NCBI GenBank assembly: GCA_965603825.1
Contig: CBFDEM010000059.1
Location: 1 to 64,000 of the forward strand
Direction of reading: 5' to 3'
Length of the DNA stretch: 64,000 nt
Source: Blepharisma stoltei ATCC 30299
Lineage: Eukaryota; Protista; Ciliophora
Part shown: piece after piece, positions 39,387 to 53,677 of the stretch
How the letters are laid out: each line of letters begins with the position of its first letter
Numbering within the stretch: position 1 is the first letter of the stretch
Program-made: the position numbers and the translations under genes
The notes under the pieces: model-generated
Database searches by the model: none
What the model saw: the letters and a program-made list of their open reading frames with translations, nothing else
Told to the model about the DNA's origin: nothing

Positions 39387-42300
39387 ATGCTGAATCTCAG
39401 AGCCCTTATAAGATTTTTCTCAAGCAGAAATGGGATTTTACCTCCAGGCCTTTCCAAACAAAGATCGATAATAGAATTCGAGCTAAAAAAGGTTAGGAAC
39501 CCTGAGTCTTTTATCAGCATTTTAAAGGACACACATTGATCGCCCCACCAGCAGATCTATGGGATTCTGCTTTTTAATAAGTGATTCGACAAGCATGATA
39601 TAAATACCTTTATAATCAAAGAATATCACCATGTGATTGAGATGATTTTAAGTGACATCCAAAATCTTGACTACCAAGCCGTCATTGATTTAGCTAATTT
39701 AATATCCAATTCCACCGGATGAAGAGAAAGATACCTAAACACAGAAAATATCGAATCCCTTAGATTTCGGATACATGAGCTAATTGAATCAAATTGCTAT
39801 AACAAAACACAATTAATCAGCATTCATAAAGCATTGAAAAACTTAAAATTCAATGTGGAAAATCTCTCGCAAGAAATTGAAAAGATTTTGAAAAATCCTG
39901 CTATTCAGCTGAGTTTACAAGAAATAGCTGATATTGTGGTAGGATTGGACCTGAAATTAATGATGAGCCGCAAGCATTTATTTGGCCCAGTACTTGATCG
40001 AGTGATAGATATAAAAATTGAGAATTTTGACTCACAATCAGCTTTAACAATATTGTCATTTTTTAAAAAAATTGATTTTGGTGCAGAATTTGAGTCTATT
40101 TTGCTAAAATATGTAGGGATTTTGGAAACAAAAATGACTAATTGAAGTGAATATGAGCTGCTGGAGGCAGCAAAATGCTATAGCAAAATCAAAATAATGC
40201 CATCTGCAAAGTCAAATAGGCTTTGAAATAATATCATAGAGGTGTTATTGAAGAAAGGAAATAAGACTGATTTGAGCTTTTTAATTGAAATTCTAAAAAA
40301 TAGTGAAATTGCTAAAGAGAAGCTAGTAAAGCTGGCTTTAAGCTTAGTCTTTCCTAAACTAGAAAGAAGACTTATTAGAACTGAAGATTTACTCCCAATA
40401 TTAGAGAGCTCCAAAAAAACTCCATTATCTTCAGTGAATTCAGAATTCCTAAAAAAACTCTTAGAAAGCTTACCATTTTATAATGAACTTGTCCTCTTTG
40501 AAGCTATCAATCATATATCATTCATTAAATTTTCTAAATTAGGCTATATTTCCTCATTTTCATCAGTTCTGAACTTTGATAAAATTTTAAATTTTGACAA
40601 AAACTCCCTATCAAGATTGCCATATGACCAAAAGTTTATTATTTTAGATAAAATTTTCACCACACATCCCTCATTAAGGCCTATTCTTATGCCATGATCT
40701 GATTTTCTTATAGAAAATATTTCCCAAGAAATTTCAGATCCCCATAGATTATTTCAAATGCTTGCAAAGATTCGTAAGATCTCAACAATCCCAAATGAAA
40801 CTTATATCTCCTCAGCAACTTTTAAAGAGCTAAAACCAATCCAGGAAAAAGTTTATAAGTTTTTGGACTTTAAACTGGCTGAAAAGAAATTTTATAAAGG
40901 GGTCTTGCTGTTCTCTTCAATATTTTATGAAAGCGATCCGAGTGCGTGGGTATATTTTATTGAGAAAAACAAGCTAATGATAAATGACCAAGATGAAATC
41001 CATCAAACAGTAAAATTCACAAATGCGCCTTTTGAAAAAATCAATTTGCTTCTTGAAAAGTATGATATTTACACGCCTAATATCATAAGGTCAGCGGTGC
41101 TAAGACTTCAGGGTTCCACTGATAAAGAGTTTTCTGATTTTTTGACCCACATTAACAATATTCATGCAGATAATTTTACGATTCAGCCAACTTCTTTTAT
41201 TGATTGGCACTTGTTTTGGAAAATTTGCAGAGAAAATAAAACAAGTTTGATTTCAGACTTGCTTGACAAAATTAGCATGAAAATGATGAACTTGCCTTAT
41301 TCTAAGCAAAATATTGATACTGCCATTTCAATAGCTAATATACTAAGCAATGCAGGAAAACTTACAAAAGAATATGCCAACAAGCTTATTAAAGAGCTAG
41401 ATCCTAAGCTTGCTCTTAAAAAAGAGCTTATAATTCCAATAATTCTTGAATCTTCAAATGAAGAGCTTAAAGTGCTTTTATTTGAAGAAATACTCAACTC
41501 TAAAATAAACTCCAGTCAATTTATCAATATCATTGAGTTTATTCTGCAGAGGCCAAGGCAAGAAAATATTGAAAACATTGTTACCCAAAATATTTGAAAT
41601 ATCATAAAAAACTATAGCGTAGATGATATCATATTAATTTTAAGCAGCCGCGAGCTATTTGAAAATTACAAAACAGAGCACTCAGGCTTAGTACACTTGA
41701 TGCTGAGCAAATGCTCAGAGGTAATGAAACATAAGCCAATTTACTTGCATCATATTTCAAATATATTTAGTATTTTACCATATGACTGACAGAATATCAT
41801 TTCCCCAAATTCAATCATTAAAAAATTGTTACAGTCAAATGAAAGCTTGAAAATTGGATCATGAAACCAAAAGTTCATACAGAAAATGACTAACTCAGGA
41901 TACAAAGATGATCTAATTAGTCAAATTCTGTTCAACAGTAAGAATACACAAGACCAACAATTTTTCCCAGATTGCCTATCATATATAGCTGATTTTAGAC
42001 TAGAAGAAGACCCACTTGCAGTTGTGACACATTCCAGGATCATGGCAGCCACCGAAAAGGACCAAATTGTGTTTGACAGCAATTTAGCGACTGTGAAGTA
42101 TTGCTATGGACTTATCCGATGTGGAGGGAAAGAAGCTGAGATTAAGAGACACTTAACAAATGCCAAACAATATGAGGAAGAAAATTTGACGTTCAAGCAC
42201 GTTTTAATTGATAATCATTTGGCCTTAAATCATCCAGATTGGGGTTTACATCAGGAATATCCGAATTTTGGATTCAATTATTTGAGCTACTTTGGGATTG

Positions 42301-42584
42301 AACCAGAATTAATGAATCGATATAAAATGATATTCCAAAGCCAAGGGGTAAGGGTCGGTGAATTCGTAAATAATGTCTGGGTGCCTCTATTTATACCTCT
42401 AAGACAAATTGCTTTGTGGCCGATCTCAAATTTCATATTTTTTTACCAAACGAAAGATTTGAAAGGGGAATTTCACATGTATAAAACTCAATTGAGTCAA
42501 GTTTGCAAGAAAGTGGTCTTTTTGCCAAAAAATGTGGGTAAGGACTTCAAAATCCATGAATTTCTTGAAAAACCATCTATATAG
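39387..42584 (+). CDS. Large helical protein, probably mitochondrial, with a possible degenerate C-terminal RAP domain (1065 aa)
   Basis: Five ORFs in one frame. MLNLRALIRFFSS resembles a presequence. The C-terminal IALWP..F...KDLKGEF..YK.QL....KKVVFLP resembles the RAP/FASTK pattern; the function call is tentative. Confidence 0.75.
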
Positions 42585-42801
42585 GTTAAAATAGCATAGA
42601 TAAATTTACTATATTTATTTCATCAATTTCTAATTTTAAGTATTAATTATTTAAAAGCTATTAATTTTATATGAAAATTTAATTCACAAGCAGCTCCAGT
42701 TCTTTAATAATAGCTATTAAGCCTTTGTAAGAGAAATATCAGCCTTATAAGAACGAACTTTTAATTGAATATGAAGCCATCTAATATACAATAATTATAG
42801 A

Positions 42802-44151
42802 ATGGTCGATCAAAAAGATGCCTATTTCAGTAGCTTCACAATGATTAAAGACATTTCAAGGAAAAGCACAAAAACCATTATTTGAATTGTACAATTTAAG
42901 CATTACCAGGAAAATTTAGGCTTCCCTAGAACTGCAGTGATGAAGAGATACAATGAGGCATCAAATAGACGTATTGAAAAAGAAGCCTTAATCCTAGAAT
43001 ACGTCGGGAGGCTACACAATAATATTGTAAAAATTTACCATCACATGATAATTGGAGGCAAATTTACAATTTTCATGGAAACCTGCAGCAAAGACAGCAT
43101 TGCCTACATGATATTACAAAATAATGGAAGAGAAGTCTGAAATAAAAGCCAACTTATAAAGAATTTTATCACGGTTTCAGAAGTTTTAGCTTACCTTCAT
43201 CTAATCAATATTGTCCATAGAGACATCAAGCCTGACAACATATTTGTGTGCGAAGATGATGAATGGAAGATCGGCGATTTTGGAGGAGCAAAAAAACTTA
43301 TTAAATGCAATGAGCCTAATACAGTTGCAGGGACAGAACTTTATATGTCCCCATTTTTAATAGAAAAGTACAACCTCAAAATCCCTAAGAGCGATGATAT
43401 TGATCCAAAGAAAGAAGATGTGTACTCACTGGGCAAAACTTTTTATGAAATCGCCAGTATGAGCCTATATGAGAAATTTCCACAAAATGAGACACAAAGC
43501 AAAAAACAAGTACGTCGTGGCATGTTAGGGCACAGTAAAGAGCTGATAAGCATTGTTTTAAGCATGCTAGCACACAATCCTATTAAAAGGCCTTCTATGA
43601 AAGAAGTTTGAGAAAGACTGAGAGAGCTCCAGGAAGCTTTTGCAAAATTAGAATACTCAGAAATCCAGGATGCAATGCCAGTTGAAGAAGAAAAAAGCTC
43701 AGCTCGAGAAGCTAACATGATTATAAATGTTAATTCAATCCTTCAAAGTACAATAGAAGGAAGAAGGCCAGCAATGAGAATTTCTGACTATTATGCCTCA
43801 TCTTCGTCAGCCCATGAAACAGAAACTGTTCATGATTTTTCTGGCAACTTTACTTTGGAAGAATTCAATGATTATTTTTCTAATGGGATGGATGTAGAGG
43901 AGAACTCTGGTCAGGCTGAAAGATTAAATGGAGAAACCTTGGTTTTGAATGGGCTAGAAAATCTAGGAATCAGTCAAAGCTATTTGCATAATGGAAAAGT
44001 AAGATGCAGCTGTGGGCTTGAGGTTGAGTGGGAGGAATTTGAATCATATTTTACGACATGTTTGTCTTTTGAGCAAAATGCTACAGATATTTGCTGCAAC
44101 CATTGTGGAAATAGATACCCTCAAGAACTGATTCAGAAAATTACACAATAA
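42802..44151 (+). CDS. Ser/Thr protein kinase with a C-terminal Cys motif (449 aa)
   Basis: AVMK, HRDIKPDN, DFG, GTELYMSP, DVYSLG; C-terminal CSC...CNHCG. Confidence 0.9.
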
Positions 44152-44479
44152 TAATTGTAAATGCAAAAATTAATAGGTATAATTTTAGACTTGCTAAACA
44201 ATTTCTAATTAATAAAAGTTATATAACTTTTCCATACTTTAATGCTTATTGGTGCAAATAGATTTAGATAAAATGTATGCCTAAGCCCTTATGCATAAAA
44301 TATAAAAAATGAGTAGGAAAGCTTTTGAAATTCCTAAATCATAATTAAGAGAAGAAAATTATTTTCAATTTTCCTAAATTTCAAATAATCATGATTAAAC
44401 TTTAATTTTAATTTGAAAAATCTTTTTGTTAATCTTATTAATAAAAATAATTGTAAATTCTATATTAATTTTTATAGAA

Positions 44480-45973
44480 ATGAGAAATCGAAAAGAGTAT
44501 TATAGAAATTTCAACATCATCAAAACAATCTTTTTCAATTAGAAGACTTTAGTGCAAAAAGTAGAATTTAAGCATTATAGCAAAGGCTGCGGTTATCCAA
44601 AATACGCAATCATGAAACAATATCATGAAATCAAATCAAATGAGCGCATCAAAAAAGAGGCCAAAATCCTTCAATTCGTGGGGAAGCTTCACAAAAACAT
44701 TGTCCAATTCTACCATCACATGGAAATAAAGAAAAAAGTACTAATTTTCATGGAGATCTGCAGTCAGGAGAGTCTTGAAAAAGTAATTATGCGTAAAACA
44801 GGTGAATACTGGACTGAAGACTTCCTGCTAAAAAAATTCGCAACGATAACAAATGTCTTGGCTTTGCTCCATTGAAAAACAATAGATGTGGCGCACAGAG
44901 ACTTAAAGCCACAAAACATTTTTGTCTGTGAAAATGATGAGTGAAAGATCGGCGATTTCGGAGGCGCCAAAAGAAGATATGTGACGTGCAATAATCTCAA
45001 CACAATAGAAGGGACTGAAAACTATATGTCACCATTAATGCTGGAAAAGTGAAAAGAAGGACCCAAAAGCTCTGAAATTGATCCAAAGAAAGAGGACGTG
45101 TATTCGTTAGGTAAAACATTTTATGAAGTTTTGACAAAAAATATAAACTCCACATTCGAGGAAGGTGAGGCAGAAAATCGGGAAAAAATAAAAGCAGAGA
45201 TGCTCGGGAAAAAGTATAGCGAAGAGCTCATCAAAATCATTTTAGAGATGGTTACTCATGATCCTAAAATAAGGCCTACTATGAATGAAGTCCATGAAAA
45301 AATCAACCAGCTTATAGCTCGAAGATTAACAATGGCTCCTGCTTATTTAGAAAACCAAATTGAGATTCAAATGGAAGAAAAGAAAGGGTTTGCCCGTGAA
45401 AGTGAGGATATTTTTAGCCTTGAGGCTATAAGTGAAATAAAAATAGTTCCTATCTCTTCACAATGTCAAAGCCAAATGCGAGTGGAAGAAGAAAAGGTGT
45501 CTGCTCGTGAGGGCAATAACGTTTTTAGCATTGAATCTTGACATGAAAGTTCCATAGAGGAAAGAAAAAGAATTGAAGCTCTAATGGATATTGATAGCAC
45601 AATGCAAGGGTGGCTAAAAGAGTATTTTGTTAGCAGATCAATTGAATTTCCACTTACTAGTGAAACAGAAAGCTCTGAAGCAATTGACCAGAGCAGCTTC
45701 TCAACAGATAATTTAGCTACTGATAATAGAATAGCAGAAAGCCTTTTTTCTACCAGACCAGCAAATCAAATCACAGAGCCAAGCAGTCCTGAACTAAGTA
45801 ATAATATAAAATGCCCTAATTGCTGGCAGATACAGCATTTTGAAATGTTTAAGGCTTTTGTCTCCACATCCTTAGATGATATCAAAGTGAATCCGACAGA
45901 TATTTATTGCATCATCTGTGGAAACAAATTTCCAGAAGATTTTATCAATGATTTTCTAGCGCATAAACAATAA
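44480..45973 (+). CDS. Paralogous Ser/Thr kinase with an in-frame TAG at codon 21
   Basis: AIMK, HRDLKPQN, DFG, GTENYMSP; C-terminal CPNC...CIICG. TAG 44540-44542 lies inside an N-terminus that aligns with the upstream paralog. Confidence 0.8.
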
Positions 45974-46280
45974 ATTACAAGCCAACTGAGAAACTAATGC
46001 TACACTTTGAAGGATTAAGAAAAAGAAGATTTATGATAATTTAACATTTATATATCAATAAAAATTAGCATTTCTCCCGCTCTATAATATTATAGCAATG
46101 ACATTTTATCAATTCGCCTTATAAATATAGATTTTATAATTCCATAGTAAATTTCTTGACGACCTTGGATTTGAAGACTGGGAGCTATTTAAAAATATTT
46201 TTGATAGTCTAAAGTAATTTTAACCTTTTTCATCTATTTCTCAAAACTTAAATGAGTTTTATTTATGCTAATTTTAATAA

Positions 46281-48176
46281 ATGATGGACGAGCTTAGAAA
46301 TTCTTCAGGAGCATTGCCAGCTCATTTTAGAAGGCATTCACAAAGGAGATTCACAGAAGCCAACGCTGAACATTTCGAAACTGAGACAGTCAAAATGACA
46401 TTAAATTCTTTGCCTAAGCTTCCAGATGGTCAACGGCTTGGGATTTACAGCCTTTTTGCAGTCTATGCAAATTCTAGCGACATCAATGCAAACATTCCTA
46501 CCACATTAATTAGAATTGACAACGAGTCTTTATATTTACTAAAAACAAACGAGCATGGCAAAATTTCTTCTCGTCCTTGTCGTGATGATGATTTTTTCCA
46601 TCCTTTAGAGACTAAAAAAGGAGCAACTTATTTTTACAAGACCCTTTATAAAGAAAGCACTGTATTTAATTCAAGAAAAAGCGCTGAGCTTTTCTGGAAG
46701 TCATCTAAAGACTGGCCAGCTTTAATTCAAACCTGCATCCAATCTAAAACGAAGCCGCCTTCAGTTACAAGAGCACTGTGGAGGGCAGGAATGAAAACAA
46801 GATACTACACCATCATAAATCGTCAGCAGCTTAACCAAGATCCAAAAGCTCCTAAAAAGTGCACAATGCCGAGCATGTATCATAGAAAAAGTCAAGTAGA
46901 TTTCAAGTACATCAATATGATTCACAGAACTTCTCGATCTATCAACAACCCTTACAAAGTCAACGTTACAACTCGAAAAAGCTTTGATGATAAGAAAAAG
47001 CTTGACCGTGCCGCTACTTTACAGAGCCGAGAAAAGCCAGCTCCTGATCCTCAGGAGAATTTAGGTAGCCAAAATGAACTAATTGTAAACACAAGGGCTC
47101 CAGAGAATCTTCTCGTAGTAGAAGACCCTATAAAGGAAAATGACTTAGAGCCACTAGTTGATGAAATAATTGATTTTTTGAATATCAATATTTACAAAGA
47201 CCAAAAGCTGATAGGAATTGTGCTTGATTTCATTAGAAATCAAGACGAGCAGTGGTTTCTGCTAGACTGCAAAGAAATTTCAACAGTAAGTAACTACGCC
47301 GTAATTAAAAATAAAAGGAAAGCACAGATTATCGGAAAAGAGACCAGAACAAGGCTCAGTATTGACACAACTAAGCTGAAATTCAAAAGCCACAAGACTG
47401 AGACTGACGAAGACATTGACGAAAAACAATCCTGCCCATTCATCATGAGATCTCCTCCTCCGCCGCCATCTCCAAGCATGACTAAAAAATCAGCCCAAGA
47501 TCTTGTCGAGCGCTGAAACAAAATAAATGAAAAGCTTGAATCAGTGATAAGCAAAAGTCTCCCTAATAAATTAAAAAATGCAAGTATAGAAGAACAGAGC
47601 ATCAAGGCTTACCAAACAAGACTTACAATGAAAAACAGCATGCCTGATAGTGAGCAATCCAGCGTCAATGATATTTCCCCATTGGCCCCACCCACGTCAA
47701 ATTCCTTATGGTCAGATGAAAAAGATGAGCATATTAATAAATGCTTAACTGATGTAATAGAAAAATTCGAAGAAATGAATATGAATAAAGAGCTGCTGAA
47801 AGTAAAAAAACAGAATTTAATCGGGAAATACGGAGGGGACGAGTTTTGGACGATGTTTATTGATAGCTTATATAAGAAAATCATGTCGACTGGCTCTCCG
47901 TTGAAAAAGCATTTTTTGAGCTCAGATTTGTCAATGATTACCAGTGGGATGCATAAGGTCTTTAACGGCTGTGCGAGTCTGCAGTTTCGAAGGAAAATTA
48001 AAGCGATTCATGAAAATATGGGGATTCTTGAAAGTGAGTTCGCGATTTATTCAGGGTTTTTTGAAGACACACTCAATGAGTTTAACGTAGAAGAGGGAGA
48101 TAAAGAAATGATTATGTCTCAGATAAGGCTAATGAAAAGCTTGATATGTCAGCCACTGAGTCAGCAAAGTAACTAA
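46281..48176 (+). CDS. ATP-grasp-like domain fused to a C-terminal truncated (2/2) hemoglobin, paralog 1 (631 aa)
   Basis: One frame with a single TGA. C-terminal KYGG...LYKKI..PLKKHF...IKAIHENMGI.ESEF...F.DTL.E matches group I truncated globins. The ATP-grasp call is by motif resemblance only. Confidence 0.8.
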
Positions 48177-48652
48177 TTTTTGAGTAATTAATGCTTGATC
48201 CATTATAAATAATTTTATAATAAATTTATTGCGATATAAGCGGAGATATTAAGGAGGGATGAAGGTCTTTATCATAGATGCATATAAAAGCTGAAAGAAG
48301 ATCTAATTAAATTGGTTATGACAGAATTAAAAATATTATTGTGACTAGCATTAATTTATAATTTTTTAAAAGGCAATTTAAAATCTTAAATAAAGGGAAT
48401 AGTTGTTAATAAAGACACCTAGAAAAGTTTAATTAGTATTTTCCATGCTTTATTCAATCTGATAGCATCAAAATATCCATTTTGTTTTATAATGATATAA
48501 TAGCTGGCGAATAATAGTTATTGTTAGATCATCTAAAATTCCCATAAATTTTCAATTAAATACCAAATTCTCCTGTGAGAATGCTAAAATGAACAATGCA
48601 TAGAAAATCCATATTTCTGATGGTCCTGGATAAATAAAAGATCCACAAATCC

Positions 48653-50560
48653 ATGGACGAACACAAAATTCTCCCAGCGAGTTTATCTTTCCCATTTAAG
48701 CGGACATCGATAAAAAGCGTCACAACAGCCATGAGCAGCCATTTGGAAGAAGAGTCTCTTAAGAGAAACCTCAGTAATCTGCCCAATCTTCCAGATGGCC
48801 AGCGACTCGGCATATACAGTCTTTTTGCAGTATATGCAAATTCGAGTGACATTAATGTAAACATACCAACAACTCTAATCCGAATAGACAATGCAGCCTC
48901 ACTTTACCTTCTAAAAACAGATGAAAATGGCACCATCACCTCACGAGCCTGCAGTGACAATGATTTCTTCTATCCTGATCGAAATACAAAAACCTCAAGG
49001 CGTGATGTCTTTTTCTATAAAACTTTATACAGAGAAAGTATCCTGCTTAACTCTCGCGAAAGCGCTGAGTTCTTCTGAAAGTCCTCAACAGACTGGCCAG
49101 CCATGATCCAATGTTGCGTCCAGTGCAAATCCAAGCCGACTTCTGTTACAAGAGCGATTTGAAGGGCAGGTCTAAAAACCAAGTACTGCACCATCATAAA
49201 CCGTCAACAAATGAAGCACTCCAAAGGAGCTAAAAAGCCAGCGGCCTATCAGAAGAAAAAAAGTCTGTCCATTTTGGGAGATTTCAAGTACACTAACATG
49301 ATTCTCAAAACCTCAAGGTCAGTTAACAATCCATTCAAAGTCAATATGACAGCCCGTGCCAGCATTTCTGAGAAGCCAAAACTCGAAAGGACACTGTCAA
49401 TGAAAAACCAAGAATTCAGAAATCCTGATAGCCAGCATGGGCTGATTGTCAACACCAAAGCTCCAGATAGCATACTTGTGGTTGAGGATCCTATTAAGGC
49501 TGGAGACCTAGATCCAATTGTGGCAGAAATCGTTGATTTCTTGAATATCAACATTTATAAGAACCAGGAGCTAAAAGGGATTGTGCTTGACTTTATCCAT
49601 GATAAAGACTATAAATGGTACCTGCTAGATTGTAAAGAAATTTCGACACACAACCGGTCTCCGTCTATCAACAGCATGCGAAAAGGCCAACCGCGTAGCA
49701 AAATCAATAAGTCAAGGCAAAGCTCAGAAGTGGAAACAGTCTCTACAAGCAGCAGAAAAAGCTCAGAAAGTTCTCCGCTAAAGTATCGGTCATCCCCGAT
49801 CGCTATAAACATTTCAGAAGAAAAACAAGCTTGCCCATTCGTAATAAGGTCTCCTAGACCGCCTCCAAGCCCAGCCAACAAGTCTACACAAGGAATAGTG
49901 GAGCGCTGGAATCGGGTGAACCAGAGGCTTGAGCAGATCTTGAATCTGAAGCCTTTTAATGAAGTTGCATGTGCAGATATCGAAGAACAAAGCATCAAAT
50001 CATACCAAACCCGGTATTGCTTAAAGAACATTGATTTTGGGGAGCCATCCAGCGGCAGTGACAAGTCTCCTCACCTTTCTCCTCCCACTTCTAATGCATT
50101 GTGGACTGATGAAAACAATGACCACATCAATCGATGTTTTACTGATGCTATCGGCAGAATTGAAGAAATGAACATGAACACTGAGCTTTTGAAGGTAAAA
50201 AAGCAAAACCTGGTAGGCAAGTATGGAGGGGATGAGTTCTGAAGCAACTTCACACAGAGCTTGTATAAGAAAGTCATGTCCACTGAGTGCCCACTACGAA
50301 GATATTTCACAAAAAACAACATTGACATGATTTTGAATGGGATGAATAAAGTCTTCAACGGATGTGCCACGCTACAGTTTAGGAGGAAAATCAAAGCTGC
50401 CCATCAAAACTTGGGGATTTTGGAAAAGGATTTCAATATTTATTCAGCACTTTTCGAAGACACTTTGAATGAGTTTAATATTGAAACTGAAGATAAAAGC
50501 ATGATCATGTCACAGATCAGATCAATGAGATGCCTAATTTGCCAAGCTCCGAACCAATAA
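48653..50560 (+). CDS. ATP-grasp-like + truncated hemoglobin fusion, paralog 2 (635 aa)
   Basis: Colinear tandem paralog; IKAAHQNLGI retains the putative proximal His. Confidence 0.8.
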
Positions 50561-50620
50561 AGTATTTTGATATTAAATAAGTACCTTAAAATCATATTTT
50601 ATAAAATTGAGCTTAAAATA

Positions 50621-53600
50621 ATGCAGGAAAGGCTCGAGAGAAAACCGACGGTATTGCCATCGGAAAGAGCTGCATATGCAAATAAGCTGGAATTAGAAGA
50701 AGAACTGCTATTGGACTTAACAATGAACCTTGACTCGTTCACGATCTGTGAAATAAAAAAAGAATTCGATAAAAAAAGCGGCGCATTAGATTTGGAAGAT
50801 TTTGTAAACAGCTTGAGGTTTTATTTTGACCAATGGAAGCCAAACTTAGAAAACCGAGATAAAATCATGCTAAAACTAATTATTCAGCTATTCAAAGACA
50901 TTGATATTAATAAAAATGGGATAGTTGAATGAGAAGAGTTCACGAATTATATCATTGAAAAAGCTACAGCTCTGAATGCGATGAAAAAGACCCGAACTGA
51001 TGTCATTAAAAATTACTCACTCAGTCCTGTTTTAATTGCTTGTCCTAATAGCATGACTGTTGAAAGGCTTGTGCTGATGGAGACACTTGATAGAATTGGG
51101 GTGATTGAGGACTATACACATATCGTCAAATTTTATAATCCAGAAACGGGAAAAACTATGGGAAAAGAGCTACAAGTACAAAATGAGGAATTTCAACAAA
51201 TCAATATACATCAAGCTTCATATCTATACAAAGGCCCAAGAAGGGTAATAGTAAATAATGCTGCATTTTTACCTGAGCCTGAGTATCAATATTTAGTAAC
51301 CTTATGCAATGATGGGACTATTAGATCTTGAGGCACAAATGGGTCTCACTTTCACTCAATGAACCACAAGGGTGGATACCCAATACTTTACTGTAAAGAG
51401 CCTCAGAGAGCAGTAGCATGAAATTACCTGAACAGGATTTTATATACAGGAGACAGTGAAGGAGACATCAAGATCTGGAACTATGAAGACCGAGAGTCAA
51501 ATTTTCCAGCCCAAGTCTTAAGTGAAGGCCACGAAGACCTGGTGACTGACATTTTTGCGATTCCAAAATTTGAGTTTTTATTTTCCTGCTCGCTAGACCG
51601 TAAAGTAATTTTATGAGATACTATATCTAATAAACCACGCAGAGTCTATAGCAGCCATACTCAAGGAGTCCTTTCTCTTGCCTTTAATTCTGAGTACCGG
51701 CTTCTTTTCTCTTCTGGGTTTGATCATGATATTTATGTATGAAACCCGTATATTGACTCAGCAGCATTTACTATTGAAGGCCACAGTGCATCATTGGTAG
51801 GGGTTAAAGTACTCCCAAACAGTCCTCAAATAATTTCTGCTGACATTGACGGATATGTAAAAGTATGAGACATAAGAAACTTAAGCTGCGTGCAGACATT
51901 TAATATTGAAGAAAAACGATCTGGAGAAAGGTTTTCATTGAATGATTTTTTGTATATTCCCAAGCTGCAAAGGCTGATATTCGGAGGCAAGTCTTTGGTT
52001 TTTTATGATTATGATAAGAACTGTAGCCCTCACCTGGTTGACGATAACATCCCATTAGGCTGCTATTACACCCCAAATTCACAAAAAATGGTTACACCAA
52101 TTGTAAACAAAGTCAAACTGTGGAATGCACTGACAGGGAAATATGAAAATTTTTATGCACCCTCTGCAGATGGAGACATCTCCTGTGCAGAAATGGATTA
52201 TTTAGCAAAGAGAATCATTTTAGGGAACCAGAAAGGTCATGTCAGAGTGTATAATATAAAGAATGGGGCTTTGATGAAGTCATTAACTGACCATAAAGCA
52301 GAAATAAATTGCATTAGCTCGTCAACACAGCTTAATTTAATTGTAACGTCAAGCTTAGATATGGTCATAATGGTCCATGACGACAATGTACTTTCAGACT
52401 CACATCTTCTTTATTACGTAGATGAAGTCTGAAGCATTGCTCACTCACTAAAACTTGTGTATTTCCTTGACATGCTAGTAATTGGTGCAGGTGATGGCTC
52501 AGTTAAATTCTGAGATCTAGAAGCAGGTGAGCTTTCTGACCATGAGTTTTCCCATAATAGAGAGATTTCTGCTATTCAGGTGGTCGAGCTTTATCCCTTA
52601 GTTTTCTCTTGTGATGTGAGTGGAGAAGTAAAGCTTTGGTCACTTCCACCCTCCCCTTATAAATGGTGTAATATTTACAAGTTTTTAAATTTAGACCAAG
52701 AAGGGGTGAATTCATATGTACAGTCAACAGAATATGACAATAAAAGGCATATTTTATTTATAGGCGATGAAAAAGGATGCCTTAAAGCCTTTTCATTCGA
52801 AAAATTAATAAGCGTTCTTGAGATTGCTCCTATTTCTTCAGATGGAAGAGAAAACAAGCTAAAATGCTTACGCAATCAGCTTGGAAAAGATTTGCCTGAT
52901 CTCCCAAAGAATTTAGTTTATCAAATATCTTCTATGAAACTGCATTCAGAGTCGATCCGCCATTTGCACTTTATGACTGAAAACTCTACACTGATAACAA
53001 CAAGCTACGATAAAAATGTGAAATTAGTGTCCACAGAGGCTTGGGAGGTCATTGGAGCTCTTCAGCAAGGCTTAAATATGAGACCCTATGCCAAAACTGA
53101 GTTTGAAAGCCAAATTCCATGACGGTTTTATTTGAATACAAGTGCGATTGATGCCCAAATTGACTCTGAAATTAATAAGCTCAGCCAGAACATGGAAAAG
53201 CAGAATTTAAACCCAAAGCCACATGATGAGAGGTCAATGCTAATTGAAGGTCGAGGCTTTATGGAGCCGCAAACATTAATGAATTTAATTAAGGTAAAAA
53301 GGCCTAATAAATTCAGCAGAATTCCGACTTTAAAAAGCACCCTATTTCAAACGAAAATAAAAATAAACCCGCAAAAGCTGTCAAGGAACCATTCTTTGAT
53401 GCTTGTAAATGCTAAAGCAATCAAAGATAAGAAATTGAGTGAATTGAACAGGTCAATGATAGACAAAAAGATCAGACCTCCTGAAAAAGAATCAAAATAT
53501 AAAATTTTAAATAAGTCATTTGTTCAGCCAAGCAAATTGCAAACATTGCCTTCTCTTTCAAATATTTATAAAAATGACAATTATAAAAGCAGCCTTATAC

Positions 53601-53677
53601 TGCAAAAAAGATTAAGCAAAAGTGTATTCAAGACAGCATCTAAGCTTGCTGAAGCATTGTCGGAGCCTTACTTTTAA
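50621..53677 (+). CDS. EF-hand + WD40 repeat protein, WDR49/EFCAB8-like and probably ciliary (1018 aa)
   Basis: EF-hand DINKNGIVEWEEF followed by many WD repeats (SCSLDRKVILWD, SSGFDHDIYVWNPY); all ORFs in one frame. Confidence 0.88.
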
